The notes below the pieces were generated by a model that was not told where the DNA came from, did no database searches, and saw only the letters and a program-made list of their open reading frames with translations. A stretch of DNA of 51,039 bases, taken from the NCBI GenBank assembly GCA_001778905.1, contig MFIQ01000001.1, positions 9,539 to 60,577 on the forward strand, in the 5' to 3' direction. Each line of letters begins with the position of its first letter. Position 1 is the stretch's first letter. Of this stretch, positions 8,108 to 16,159 are shown piece after piece. This DNA comes from Candidatus Giovannonibacteria bacterium RIFCSPLOWO2_12_FULL_44_15. GTDB lineage: Bacteria; Patescibacteriota; Minisyncoccia; JACPKW01; UBA11713. Position numbers and translations under genes: made by a program.

Positions 8108-9823
8108 ATGAAAAATAAGGAGATAGTGGATATACTTTTCGAGCTTGCGGAACTCTACGAGATGAAAAATGTACCCTTCAAGCCGAGGGCACTCGAACGC
8201 GCTTCGGAGACGATAGATTCGCTCGGGGAGGACGTCGCTGATATTTATAAAAAAGGAGGAATTAAAGAGCTTCAAAAAATTCCGGGCGTTGGGCTGGGTA
8301 TCGCCGAGAAAATTGAAGAGTATTTAAAGTCCGGGCACGTTAAAGAGTACGAGAGCATGAAGAAAAAATTTCCGGTTGATATCAGGGAACTTTCTTCCAT
8401 CGAAGGCGTCGGCCCAAAGCATATAGCGCTTCTCTATCAAAAACTAAAAATAAAAAATGTTTCCGATTTGGAGAAGGCCGCCAAGGAAGGAAAATTGCGA
8501 AAGTTGCCGAGGATGGGGGAGAAACTTGAAGCAAAAATTTTAAAAGGCATCGAATTTAAGCACGAGGGAGGAGGGCGATTTGCTTTGGGCGAGGTTCTGC
8601 CTTTGGCTCGGGAGATTAAAGCGAGGCTACTTAAAGTTAAAGGGGTAGAGGCGGTTGAAGTCGCGGGTTCTTTGAGGCGCATGCAAGAGACAATCGGAGA
8701 TCTTGATTTTCTCGCTGTATCGGAGCATCCTAAGGCGGTCGCGGATTTTTTTTCGGGAATGCGGGAAGTTGAGCATGTTTACGCCCACGGGGAAACCAAA
8801 GTCCTTGTCAGGTTGAAATCGGGAATAGACGCCGATCTAATTATTTTGCCTAAAAAATCTTTTGGCGCTGCACTCCAATATTTTACGGGCTCGAAAGACC
8901 ATAATGTCGAAGTGCGCAAGCTCGCGATAAAAAAGGGATGGTCGTTAAACGAACACGGCCTCACGAAGGGAAAGAAAGTGATTGCATCCGCGACCGAGGA
9001 AGAAATCTATGGGAAGCTGGGCATGCCGAAGGCTCCGCCCCCCGAGATTCGCTTAAACAAAGGTGAAATCGAAGCTGCGCTTGCGAGTAAGCTCCCGCAC
9101 CTCATTGAATACGGGGATCTAAAGGGAGATCTGCAAATTCAAACATCTTGGACCGACGGAAAAAATTCTATTGAGGAGATGGCGCGGGAAGCGGAGAGGC
9201 TTGGGTATGAATATATTGCGATAACTGACCATACACGTTCTTTGGCGATGACCGGAGGTGCTGACGAAAAAAAACTTTTGCGTCAGATTGCGGAGATAGA
9301 TAAAGTTCAGAAAAAATTTAAAAAAGTAAAAATTCTTAAGGGAGCAGAAGTAAATATAATGAAGGACGGATCTCTCGATATCAATGACGAAACTTTGGAG
9401 AAGTTAGATGTCGTAGGGGCGGCGGTGCATTCGCTTTTCAATCTTTCAAAAGCCGAACAGACAGAGCGCATTATTAAAGCGATGGAAAATCCCAATGTGG
9501 ATATTTTATTTCATCCAACAGGCCGTGTTATTAATAAGAGAAAGCCGTACGACGTGGATATGGAAAAAATTATCAAAGCCGCGAAGCGCACAGGAACGAT
9601 TTTGGAGATCGATGGGCATCCTTGGCGGCTCGATTTAAAAGACGAACATATTAGAATGGCGCGAGAAGCCGGGGTTAAGATGATTATCGACACCGACGCG
9701 CATTCCGTTCCCGAGATGAGTTATCTCGAATACGGTATCGCGCAAGCCAGGCGCGGCTGGTGCGAGAAAAAAGACATAATAAATACTTTGCCGCTGAAGG
9801 AATTTTTAAAGGCGCTAAAATAA
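8108..9823 (+). CDS. polX: Family X DNA polymerase with C-terminal PHP (histidinol-phosphatase-like) domain
   Basis: There are helix-hairpin-helix repeats (GVGLGIAEKI, GVGPKHI) and the nucleotidyltransferase catalytic region GSLRRMQETIGDLDFL ... DADLII. The PHP motifs ITDHT and DTDAH are also present. Confidence 0.9.
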   Translation: MKNKEIVDILFELAELYEMKNVPFKPRALERASETIDSLGEDVADIYKKGGIKELQKIPGVGLGIAEKIEEYLKSGHVKEYESMKKKFPVDIRELSSIEGVGPKHIALLYQKLKIKNVSDLEKAAKEGKLRKLPRMGEKLEAKILKGIEFKHEGGGRFALGEVLPLAREIKARLLKVKGVEAVEVAGSLRRMQETIGDLDFLAVSEHPKAVADFFSGMREVEHVYAHGETKVLVRLKSGIDADLIILPKKSFGAALQYFTGSKDHNVEVRKLAIKKGWSLNEHGLTKGKKVIASATEEEIYGKLGMPKAPPPEIRLNKGEIEAALASKLPHLIEYGDLKGDLQIQTSWTDGKNSIEEMAREAERLGYEYIAITDHTRSLAMTGGADEKKLLRQIAEIDKVQKKFKKVKILKGAEVNIMKDGSLDINDETLEKLDVVGAAVHSLFNLSKAEQTERIIKAMENPNVDILFHPTGRVINKRKPYDVDMEKIIKAAKRTGTILEIDGHPWRLDLKDEHIRMAREAGVKMIIDTDAHSVPEMSYLEYGIAQARRGWCEKKDIINTLPLKEFLKALK

Positions 9824-9826
9824 AAA

Positions 9827-10255
9827 ATGCCGGTTTTACGTTCAGCGGGGATAATCCTTTTTAGAGAGACCAAAGAGGGCAGGAAGTATTTAATTTTAAG
9901 GGCATCACGTAAAGACGATCGCCCTGAGTTTTGGGATATTCCAAAAGGCGAGCTTGATAAAGGAGAGAAGGGGATTGATGCCGCAAGACGTGAGGCTAAT
10001 GAAGAAACAGGAATGGATAATTTTGAATTAAACCCGGATTTTAAAGAAACTGTGCAGTATTTTACCCGGCGCGAGGGGAAACCAGTTCCCAAATACGTCG
10101 CTGTTTTTCTCGCCGAGGCCAAAAACGATACGGTTACGCTTTCGTGGGAGCATGATGCATACGAATGGCTTTCGCTCGAAGAAGCATTGAAAAAATTAAC
10201 CACGATGAAAAAAGCGGTGCAGCATGCCGATGAATTTCTCACGAAGAGTGCTTAA
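9827..10255 (+). CDS. NUDIX hydrolase
   Basis: It carries the Nudix box GELDKGEKGIDAARREANEETG (G.5E.7REUXEEXGU pattern). Confidence 0.8.
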   Translation: MPVLRSAGIILFRETKEGRKYLILRASRKDDRPEFWDIPKGELDKGEKGIDAARREANEETGMDNFELNPDFKETVQYFTRREGKPVPKYVAVFLAEAKNDTVTLSWEHDAYEWLSLEEALKKLTTMKKAVQHADEFLTKSA

Positions 10256-10478
10256 CATCGTCCGGAAAATTCCGAGGGGCAAAACCCTTACATATAAAGA
10301 AGTGGCTATCAGAGCCGGCAAGCCGCGGGCTTATAGGGTGGTAGGAAATATTTTAAACAAAAATTACGACCCAAAGATCCCGTGCCACCGCGTTATCCGT
10401 TCGGACGGAAAAATCGGCGGATATAATCGCGGCACGAAAAATAAACTTTCTCTCCTTAAAAAAGAAAAAGCTATTTAA
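10224..10478 (+). CDS. MGMT-family protein (methylated-DNA-protein-cysteine methyltransferase DNA-binding/active-site domain only, 84 aa)
   Basis: It has IPRGKTLTYKEVA ... the RAVG-like stretch YRVVGNIL ... and the active-site motif IPCHRVIRSDGKIGGY, with the acceptor Cys retained. The N-terminal Ada/Ogt domain is absent. The start could be 10224 or 10230. Confidence 0.75.
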   Translation: MPMNFSRRVLNIVRKIPRGKTLTYKEVAIRAGKPRAYRVVGNILNKNYDPKIPCHRVIRSDGKIGGYNRGTKNKLSLLKKEKAI

Positions 10479-10815
10479 CTTTCTCGATAAGCGCCGAAAA
10501 TGCTTTCGGATATTCTTGCGCAAGTTGGGCGAGGACTTTCCTGTCCAATTCTATGTTTGCTTTTTTGAGCTTGTCGATAAAAACGCTGTAAGACATTCCG
10601 CGTTCTCTAGCGGCCGCGTTTATCTGGATCTGCCAAAGCTTGCGGAAATTTCTTTTCTTTTTTCTGCGATCCTGAAAAGAATGTTTGGCCGCGTGGAGCA
10701 AGCGCTCTCTAGCTATGCGTTCTTTTGATTTAGCTCCCCAGCGGAAACCTTTTGCGCGCTTTAAAATTTTTCTCCGCTTCTTTAACGCTATCGTCGCTTT
10801 TTTTACTCTTGGCAT
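10471..10815 (-). CDS. rplT: 50S ribosomal protein L20
   Basis: MPRVKKATIALKKRRKILKRAKGFRGAK-type N-terminus and INRKVLAxLA-like C-terminus (LDRKVLAQLA). Operon position infC-rpmI-rplT. Confidence 0.95.
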   Translation of the reverse strand: MPRVKKATIALKKRRKILKRAKGFRWGAKSKERIARERLLHAAKHSFQDRRKKKRNFRKLWQIQINAAARERGMSYSVFIDKLKKANIELDRKVLAQLAQEYPKAFSALIEKVK

Positions 10816-10818
10816 GTT

Positions 10819-11007
10819 TTATTTTGTCGGAAGAAAATGATTAAGCTCGTTTTTTGGAATACGAAAATTAACGAGGCCTTTTTGGCGAAGCTGTTTGGCT
10901 CTGCGCACTTTTGCGTTGAAATGGTTTTGTCCTGGAATTCGAGCAAGGACTTTCCCCGTGCGCGTTAGCTTGAGGCGCTTTCTAAATGATTTGTTTGTTT
11001 TGTTCAT
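10819..11007 (-). CDS. rpmI: 50S ribosomal protein L35
   Basis: A 62-aa basic protein (KSFRKRLKLTRTGKV...) lying between infC and rplT. Confidence 0.9.
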   Translation of the reverse strand: MNKTNKSFRKRLKLTRTGKVLARIPGQNHFNAKVRRAKQLRQKGLVNFRIPKNELNHFLPTK

Positions 11008-11603
11008 TTTTTCTCTACAAGCACGTATATACCCCGCGGGCCTTGCTTGGGCCCATCACTGATTTTATAGTCCCGGGGGATAAAATGCAGTATTCGCTCT
11101 ATTCTCTCGTTTTTAAAGTTTTTGTCAAGATATTTGGCCCTTCCGCGAAGCACCAGGTCTATCTTTACCTTATCCCCAGCATCAAGGAATTCGCCCACTT
11201 TTTTAGCCTTCATCTCCAAATCATGCTCCGATGTGTTGAGGCCGATCCGGACTTCCCGCACTTCAGAGGTGTGCGCTTTCTTATTTGCCTCCCTGCGCTT
11301 TTTTTCTTCCTGATAGGACCATTTGCCGTAGTCCATTATTTTGACAACAGGCGGCTTGGCGGTGGGGGAAATTTCAATAACATCGAGCCCCGCATCTTTT
11401 GCAATGTCAATTGCACGCGCGATCTCTATAATACCGTAGTTTGTCCCATCATCCCCAATTGCCCGCACGGGGGTGGCGGTTATTTGGCTATTTACTCTTG
11501 TGCGCTTTGTAACCAGAGATTTAAATATAGCTTTTTTGGATATTTTTGTGAAGAGCCGCCCCTTTTTTGAGTTATCCACTAATCTTAATTTTGCGGCGAG
11601 CAT
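11004..11603 (-). CDS. infC: Translation initiation factor IF-3
   Basis: INSQITATPVRAIGDDG ... AKDAGLDVIEISPTAKPPVVKIMDYGKWSYQ ... VKIDLVLRGRA matches the IF3 N- and C-domains. The ATG-initiated ORF is about 30 aa longer than usual. The true start may be a downstream non-canonical codon, as is common for infC. Confidence 0.9.
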   Translation of the reverse strand: MLAAKLRLVDNSKKGRLFTKISKKAIFKSLVTKRTRVNSQITATPVRAIGDDGTNYGIIEIARAIDIAKDAGLDVIEISPTAKPPVVKIMDYGKWSYQEEKKRREANKKAHTSEVREVRIGLNTSEHDLEMKAKKVGEFLDAGDKVKIDLVLRGRAKYLDKNFKNERIERILHFIPRDYKISDGPKQGPRGIYVLVEKK

Positions 11604-11633
11604 ATAATTAATTTAAGTTCCACGGTTAAATCT

Positions 11634-12167
11634 ATGAAAAAGAACTGGCCAAAATTTATACTAGGCTGGGTTATTTCCTTCCTCATCCGCCTAGTTCCCT
11701 TCCGCCCACCGAACGTTGAGCCGATTTTGGGAATACAAATGCCCTTCAGCAAAGCTTACGGATACGCGCCCGCTTTTCTTTTTGCATTTTCAAACATCGT
11801 TTTATTCGATCTCTTGGTAAATAAATTTGGAGAGTGGACTTTAATAACAGCGCTCGCATACGGATTTTTGGGAATTTGGGGCGTTAAATATTTTCAGAAC
11901 AGAAAAAATTCATCACTGAATTATCTTAGATTTTCCGTAATGGCAACTCTGGCGTATGATGCCGTAACAGGCCTTTCTATAGGGCCTATATTTTTCAATC
12001 AGCCCCTTATGGCGGCTGCAATCGGCCAAATTCCCTTTACTTTACTACATCTTTTGGGCAATTGCTCATTTGCTGTATTGGCAAGTCCTCTTATTTACCG
12101 CTACGCCGTCTCGAAGCGCAGCTTTAGGGGGATATATTTATTAAATTTAAAGCCACTGGCTAACTAA
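11634..12167 (+). CDS. Small polytopic membrane protein, ECF S-component-like / DUF6580-like putative vitamin (B12?) transporter
   Basis: A 177-aa ORF with 5-6 TM helices. The N-terminal LIRLVPFRPPNVEPI motif resembles the RL.PH.PNF.P signature I associate with DUF6580 putative transport proteins. It lies immediately upstream of B12-dependent NrdJ. The function is inferred from context only. Confidence 0.45.
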   Translation: MKKNWPKFILGWVISFLIRLVPFRPPNVEPILGIQMPFSKAYGYAPAFLFAFSNIVLFDLLVNKFGEWTLITALAYGFLGIWGVKYFQNRKNSSLNYLRFSVMATLAYDAVTGLSIGPIFFNQPLMAAAIGQIPFTLLHLLGNCSFAVLASPLIYRYAVSKRSFRGIYLLNLKPLAN

Positions 12168-12179
12168 TTTTCTATAATT

Positions 12180-14471
12180 ATGGAAACTTTTGTTGAAAAA
12201 AAGACAAGGACCCTCTCTCATATTGAACTTACTCAAATCAAAAAGCGCGATGGGACCGTTGTTCCGTTTGACTTGGCTCGGATCAAAAATGCGATTATGC
12301 GCGCTTTCGAATCAACAAAAGAAGGAGGAGAAGAAGAGGCGAGGCTGGTGGCGTTTCGCGTTTATGACATATTAAGGCAGATGAAATTGACCAGCCCTCA
12401 ATTTGTGCCCTCAGTCGAACAAATTCAGGATCTGGTAGAAAAAGAACTTATCTTGGATAAATTTGCAGTAACCGCTAAGTCGTACATTCTTTATCGCGAA
12501 AAACATGCCGAGATGCGGAGAGAAGCGGGACCGGTATCCGAGCGCCTGCGCGCCCTTGCCAAAGAGAGCAAAAAATATTTTAGAAATCCTCTCGCGGAAT
12601 TCATATATTACAGATCATACGCCAGATGGGTAGAGACAGAAGGAAGAAGGGAAACGTGGATTGAAACAGTGGATAGATATATGAGCTTTATGAAAGAAAA
12701 GTTGGCTGGCGCACTGACGGAGAACGAATATTCGGACGTCCGGGAGGCCATTTTGAAACACGAAGCTATGCCTTCTATGCGCTTACTCCAGTTCGCGGGG
12801 CTTGCCGCCAAGGCAACCAACGTTTGTGCCTATAATTGCTCCTTTATAGCCCCCAGATCCTTCCAGGATTTCGCCGAAATTATGTATATTTCTATGTGCG
12901 GAACGGGGGTAGGGTGGTCTGTTGAGAGCGAAAATATCCAGTCTTTGCCTCAAGTAAAGAGGCAAAGCGGCAAAAAGCTCTCGGCCTATGTCATTCCGGA
13001 CAGCAAGGAGGGGTGGGCGGACGCTTTCTCCTTCGGGCTCAAGACTTGGTTTGATGGAGAGGATGTAGAATTTGATTACTCAAAGTTGCGTCCCGCGGGC
13101 GCACGTTTAAAGACGATGGGAGGCAAGAGTTCGGGTCCCGAACCGCTGAGGAATCTTTTGGAATTTTCCAGAGAGCGAATTTTAAAAAGGCAGGGAAGGC
13201 GCCTTTCCAATATCGATGCCCACGATATCATCTGCAAGATAGGAGATTGTGTCGTTTCGGGCGGAGTCAGGAGAAGCGCCATGATTTCACTTTCGGATTT
13301 GGAAGACGAAGAGATTCGCGATTCGAAGAAAGGGCAATTTTATGTGAATGATCCTCAGCGCAGTTTAGCGAATAACTCCGCTGTCTATTGGCAGAGGCCG
13401 ACTACAAAAGAATTTTTGGACGAGTGGACAGCCTTGATTAAAAGCGGAAGCGGGGAGCGCGGAATTTTTAACCGCGGTGGGCTTGCAAAAACTCTTCCGG
13501 AGCGTAGGCTCGAACAATTTGGGGGCATCCATCCTTCTTGGGGAACAAACCCATGCGGAGAGATTGTCTTGCAATCGAAACAATTCTGCAATCTTACCGA
13601 AGTCGTCGCGAGGGAAAATGATACCGAGGAAACCCTTTTGAGAAAAGCAAGAATTGCGACGATACTCGGGACCTACCAATCTACGCTGACTTATTTTCCA
13701 TACCTTTCGAAAGAATGGCAGGAGAACTGCGAGCAAGAGAGGCTGCTCGGCGTATCGATTACTGGCCAATGGGATTCGCCTGCGGTGCGCGATGAAGCGG
13801 TTTTAAAGAAAATAAAGGATATGGTGATTAAAACCAATAAAGAATACGCGGCTAAATTCGGAGTCAGCCAATCGACCTGTACAACCTGCGTTAAGCCATC
13901 TGGAACCGTCTCCCAACTCGTAGACTGTTCCTCCGGCATGCATCCCAGGCACGCGCAATACTATGTCCGACGTGTCCGCATCTCCGCGACAGACTCCCTA
14001 TTTAAGATGCTAAAGGACCAGGGCGTGCCTTTTTATCCGGAAGTGGGGCAGACTATGGAGAGCGCTTCCACATTTGTCTTGGAATTTCCGATTAAAGCCC
14101 CCGAAGGCAAGATTTTCCGCGACAATCTTACGGCGATGGACCAATTAAAGCATTGGAAAATGGTCAAAGAAGGATACACGGAGCACAATCCGTCGGTGAC
14201 GGTTTCGGTAGGGGACGACGAATGGGTGGCCGTTGCCAACTGGCTTTACGAGAATTGGGATATCGTAGGCGGGCTTTCTTTCCTGCCCCGATTGAACCAC
14301 GTCTACCGCTTGGCTCCATATGAAGCAATAAAAAAAGAGGAATACGAGGAGCGCGCCAAGAAATTGGAACACATTGATTTTTCCAAAATCTATACGTACG
14401 AGATCGAAGACGAAACGGAAGTGAAAAAGGAACTCGCCTGCGTCGCGGGAGTTTGCGAAATAGAAATGTAA
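12180..14471 (+). CDS. nrdJ: Adenosylcobalamin-dependent (class II) ribonucleotide reductase with N-terminal ATP-cone
   Basis: It has an ATP-cone (IKKRDGTVVPFDLARIKNAI) and the class II active-site region WGTNPCGEIVLQSKQFCNLTEV. At 763 aa it is the size of the monomeric type. Confidence 0.9.
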   Translation: METFVEKKTRTLSHIELTQIKKRDGTVVPFDLARIKNAIMRAFESTKEGGEEEARLVAFRVYDILRQMKLTSPQFVPSVEQIQDLVEKELILDKFAVTAKSYILYREKHAEMRREAGPVSERLRALAKESKKYFRNPLAEFIYYRSYARWVETEGRRETWIETVDRYMSFMKEKLAGALTENEYSDVREAILKHEAMPSMRLLQFAGLAAKATNVCAYNCSFIAPRSFQDFAEIMYISMCGTGVGWSVESENIQSLPQVKRQSGKKLSAYVIPDSKEGWADAFSFGLKTWFDGEDVEFDYSKLRPAGARLKTMGGKSSGPEPLRNLLEFSRERILKRQGRRLSNIDAHDIICKIGDCVVSGGVRRSAMISLSDLEDEEIRDSKKGQFYVNDPQRSLANNSAVYWQRPTTKEFLDEWTALIKSGSGERGIFNRGGLAKTLPERRLEQFGGIHPSWGTNPCGEIVLQSKQFCNLTEVVARENDTEETLLRKARIATILGTYQSTLTYFPYLSKEWQENCEQERLLGVSITGQWDSPAVRDEAVLKKIKDMVIKTNKEYAAKFGVSQSTCTTCVKPSGTVSQLVDCSSGMHPRHAQYYVRRVRISATDSLFKMLKDQGVPFYPEVGQTMESASTFVLEFPIKAPEGKIFRDNLTAMDQLKHWKMVKEGYTEHNPSVTVSVGDDEWVAVANWLYENWDIVGGLSFLPRLNHVYRLAPYEAIKKEEYEERAKKLEHIDFSKIYTYEIEDETEVKKELACVAGVCEIEM

Positions 14472-15013
14472 TGTATTGGACTGGAAAAGGAGATGACGGG
14501 ACGACGAAATTATTTAACTCGCCGCCTGGTTGCCGTATTCCAAAAAGTTCTCGGGTAGTCAAGGCGTTGGGCTCTCTCGATGAAGTAAATTCGTATTTAG
14601 GATTGGCGAAAGCGCTCGCTCGCGAGCAAAAACTAGATCTCGAATCTTTCGTAAATTTTTTACAGGAACAACTTTTTATATTACAAGCCGAGCTTGCTGG
14701 AGCAGAAAAGACAGTTTCAAAGGAATCTCTAGAGAAAATGGAATCGAATTTGCATATTTTCTCGCAAAATATTCCCGAGATTAAATCTTTCTCGATTCCC
14801 GGAGGAACGGTTCTCTCGGCGCATTTTGATGTAGCAAGGACGATGGCGAGGCGAGCCGAGAGGGAAGTTGTTGCGCTAAGGGATGACAAAGAAAAAGCGC
14901 TCGGCGAGAAAAGCTACGCATTTTTAAACCGCCTTTCTAGCGCGTGCTTCATCTTGGCGAGATATGTAAATTCGGTCCAAGGCGTGGCTGAAACCCCACC
15001 GAGTTATAACTAA
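14471..15013 (+). CDS. PduO-type ATP:cob(I)alamin adenosyltransferase
   Basis: MYWTGKGDDGTTKLF ... LGSLDEVNSYLGLA ... FSIPGG matches the PduO-type ATR pattern (TG.GD.G.T.L ... DELNS.IG ... FILPGG). The start is taken at ATG 14471, overlapping the nrdJ stop (TAATG). The longer ORF starts at 14453. Confidence 0.85.
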   Translation: MYWTGKGDDGTTKLFNSPPGCRIPKSSRVVKALGSLDEVNSYLGLAKALAREQKLDLESFVNFLQEQLFILQAELAGAEKTVSKESLEKMESNLHIFSQNIPEIKSFSIPGGTVLSAHFDVARTMARRAEREVVALRDDKEKALGEKSYAFLNRLSSACFILARYVNSVQGVAETPPSYN

Positions 15014-15088
15014 GGCGAGTAAGATGCCTTGACAGAAGGGCATATAATATGCTATCTTTATAGCGAAATATAGAGTTTTTTGATATTG

Positions 15089-15141
15089 GCTTTCCTTCCC
15101 CGCCCAACGTCAAATTTTGGTGTATGGCGGGGAGGGAAAGC
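15089..15141. repeat. GC-rich 16-bp inverted repeat / hairpin
   Basis: GCTTTCCTTCCCCGCC (15089-15104) pairs with GGCGGGGAGGGAAAGC (15126-15141), with one G-U pair and a 21-nt loop. No U-tract follows. Confidence 0.5.
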
Positions 15142-15210
15142 TGCGATTAGCAGTAGGTGCCTATAGTTGAGAGGCGCCATCAGGTCCCTCTCAAAAAAAT
15201 TGGAGAACAT

Positions 15211-15375
15211 ATGAAAATTCTCCGTGCTATAGGTTTACTGCTCGCAATCTTAGGGCTCAAATTCTTCTTGATGTGGGCTGTGTTTCGCGCTTTCGAGGGT
15301 TCCTTGATCGCGCTCTTCACGACCTTCTCATCATTGATGAGTTCAGTCCAAACTACTCTCCCCGCGTCGTTTTAA
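15211..15375 (+). CDS. Hypothetical 54-aa membrane peptide
   Basis: A GGAGA Shine-Dalgarno sequence lies 6 nt before ATG 15211. The product is hydrophobic (MKILRAIGLLLAILGLKFFLMWAVF...). I recognise no homology. Confidence 0.3.
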   Translation: MKILRAIGLLLAILGLKFFLMWAVFRAFEGSLIALFTTFSSLMSSVQTTLPASF

Positions 15376-15395
15376 ACGATGCGGAATAAATATGT

Positions 15396-15431
15396 CAGAG
15401 ACGAGTCTGATTTCAGTCAGATTCGTCTCTG
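15396..15431 (+). terminator. Strong 15-bp hairpin downstream of the small ORF (terminator-like, no clear U-tract)
   Basis: CAGAGACGAGTCTGA (15396-15410), loop TTTCAG, then TCAGATTCGTCTCTG (15417-15431), with one G-U pair. A second 7-bp stem pairs CCTCTGA (15436-15442) with TCAGAGG (15465-15471). Confidence 0.4.
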
Positions 15432-15499
15432 GCTTCCTCTGAGCGCTTCAAGGATTTGGAGAATTCAGAGGAAGTACTTTAGGAATGGAGGGAGGGCTC

Positions 15500-15820
15500 A
15501 TGGCGATAAGGCGTTTTACTCAGCATGCAACTGACAGGGTCCGTTTAGGCGACGAAAATGGGCTAAGAACTACGTTAACTTTGGATGAAATCGCCGAAAT
15601 TTTAGACTCAGGGGAATACGCATATTACGGAAGCGGCGAAAGGATTTTCTACAGCAAGAAGGATAAAAAGTTTCTAGTGGCAGTAGTTACGCCCGATGGC
15701 ACTGTTGTTACAGTGAAGCCAGGAGACTCCGCCCCTGATAAACTCCGAGCACTGGCCATCATGCGAACGGCGGGATTAATGAAGCCTCTAGTTCGCGAAG
15801 AAAAGAAAGACTCAACGTAG
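15500..15820 (+). CDS. Hypothetical protein, weak DUF4258/BrnT-like (RelE-fold toxin-like) pattern
   Basis: A GGAGGGA Shine-Dalgarno sequence lies 5 nt before ATG 15500; an alternative ATG is at 15485. MAIRRFTQHATDRV ... FLVAVVTPDGTVVTV resembles the F..HA..R ... VVV...G.VITV pattern of DUF4258-type proteins. The resemblance is weak. Confidence 0.35.
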   Translation: MAIRRFTQHATDRVRLGDENGLRTTLTLDEIAEILDSGEYAYYGSGERIFYSKKDKKFLVAVVTPDGTVVTVKPGDSAPDKLRALAIMRTAGLMKPLVREEKKDST

Positions 15821-15844
15821 TGATGCGTTGGGCCTTTTTTATTT

Positions 15845-16159
15845 TGGTGGAGATGGCGGGAGTTGAACCCGCGTCAGGAAAGCTTTTGAGGGATGGTTGA
15901 CAAGCTTAGGTGAAATCCTGAATTAACTCTCAGGAAAAAAGTTTTCTCGCTTATGACACCCGCGATCCCGTAGCGAGAATCAAGGACGGATGGCTCCGAC
16001 GCGAGGTCGGAGCGTTGCCATTAAGCTACTGCCAAGGCAGGCTCTCTGGTTCCAAATAAGTTTGCACTTATTATGTTCCCATGGGAGATATTTAGCTCCG
16101 CCATGGCGGAGCGCCTGAACATCATCTCAAAGTTCTTCCCCTCGAGGCCTATCATCCCC
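15845..16159 (-). ncRNA. ssrA: tmRNA (SsrA), one-piece
   Basis: The minus-strand 5' end GGGGAUG pairs with the 3' CAUCUCC-ACCA, including the G3:U alanine identity pair. The T-arm is GCGGGUUCAACUCCCGC. The resume codon GCA at 16065 opens the tag reading frame ANLFGTREPALAVA followed by UAA (16065..16021). It lies directly downstream of smpB. Confidence 0.9.

Noticed and set aside
15124-15131. An 8-nt repeat of the tmRNA 3' region (ATGGCGGG) could be an att site delimiting an integrated island from 15124 to 15859.
   Set aside because: Eight nucleotides is within chance expectation. The enclosed segment is only about 0.7 kb and has no integrase. It is mentioned only as a weak trace in the corresponding finding.
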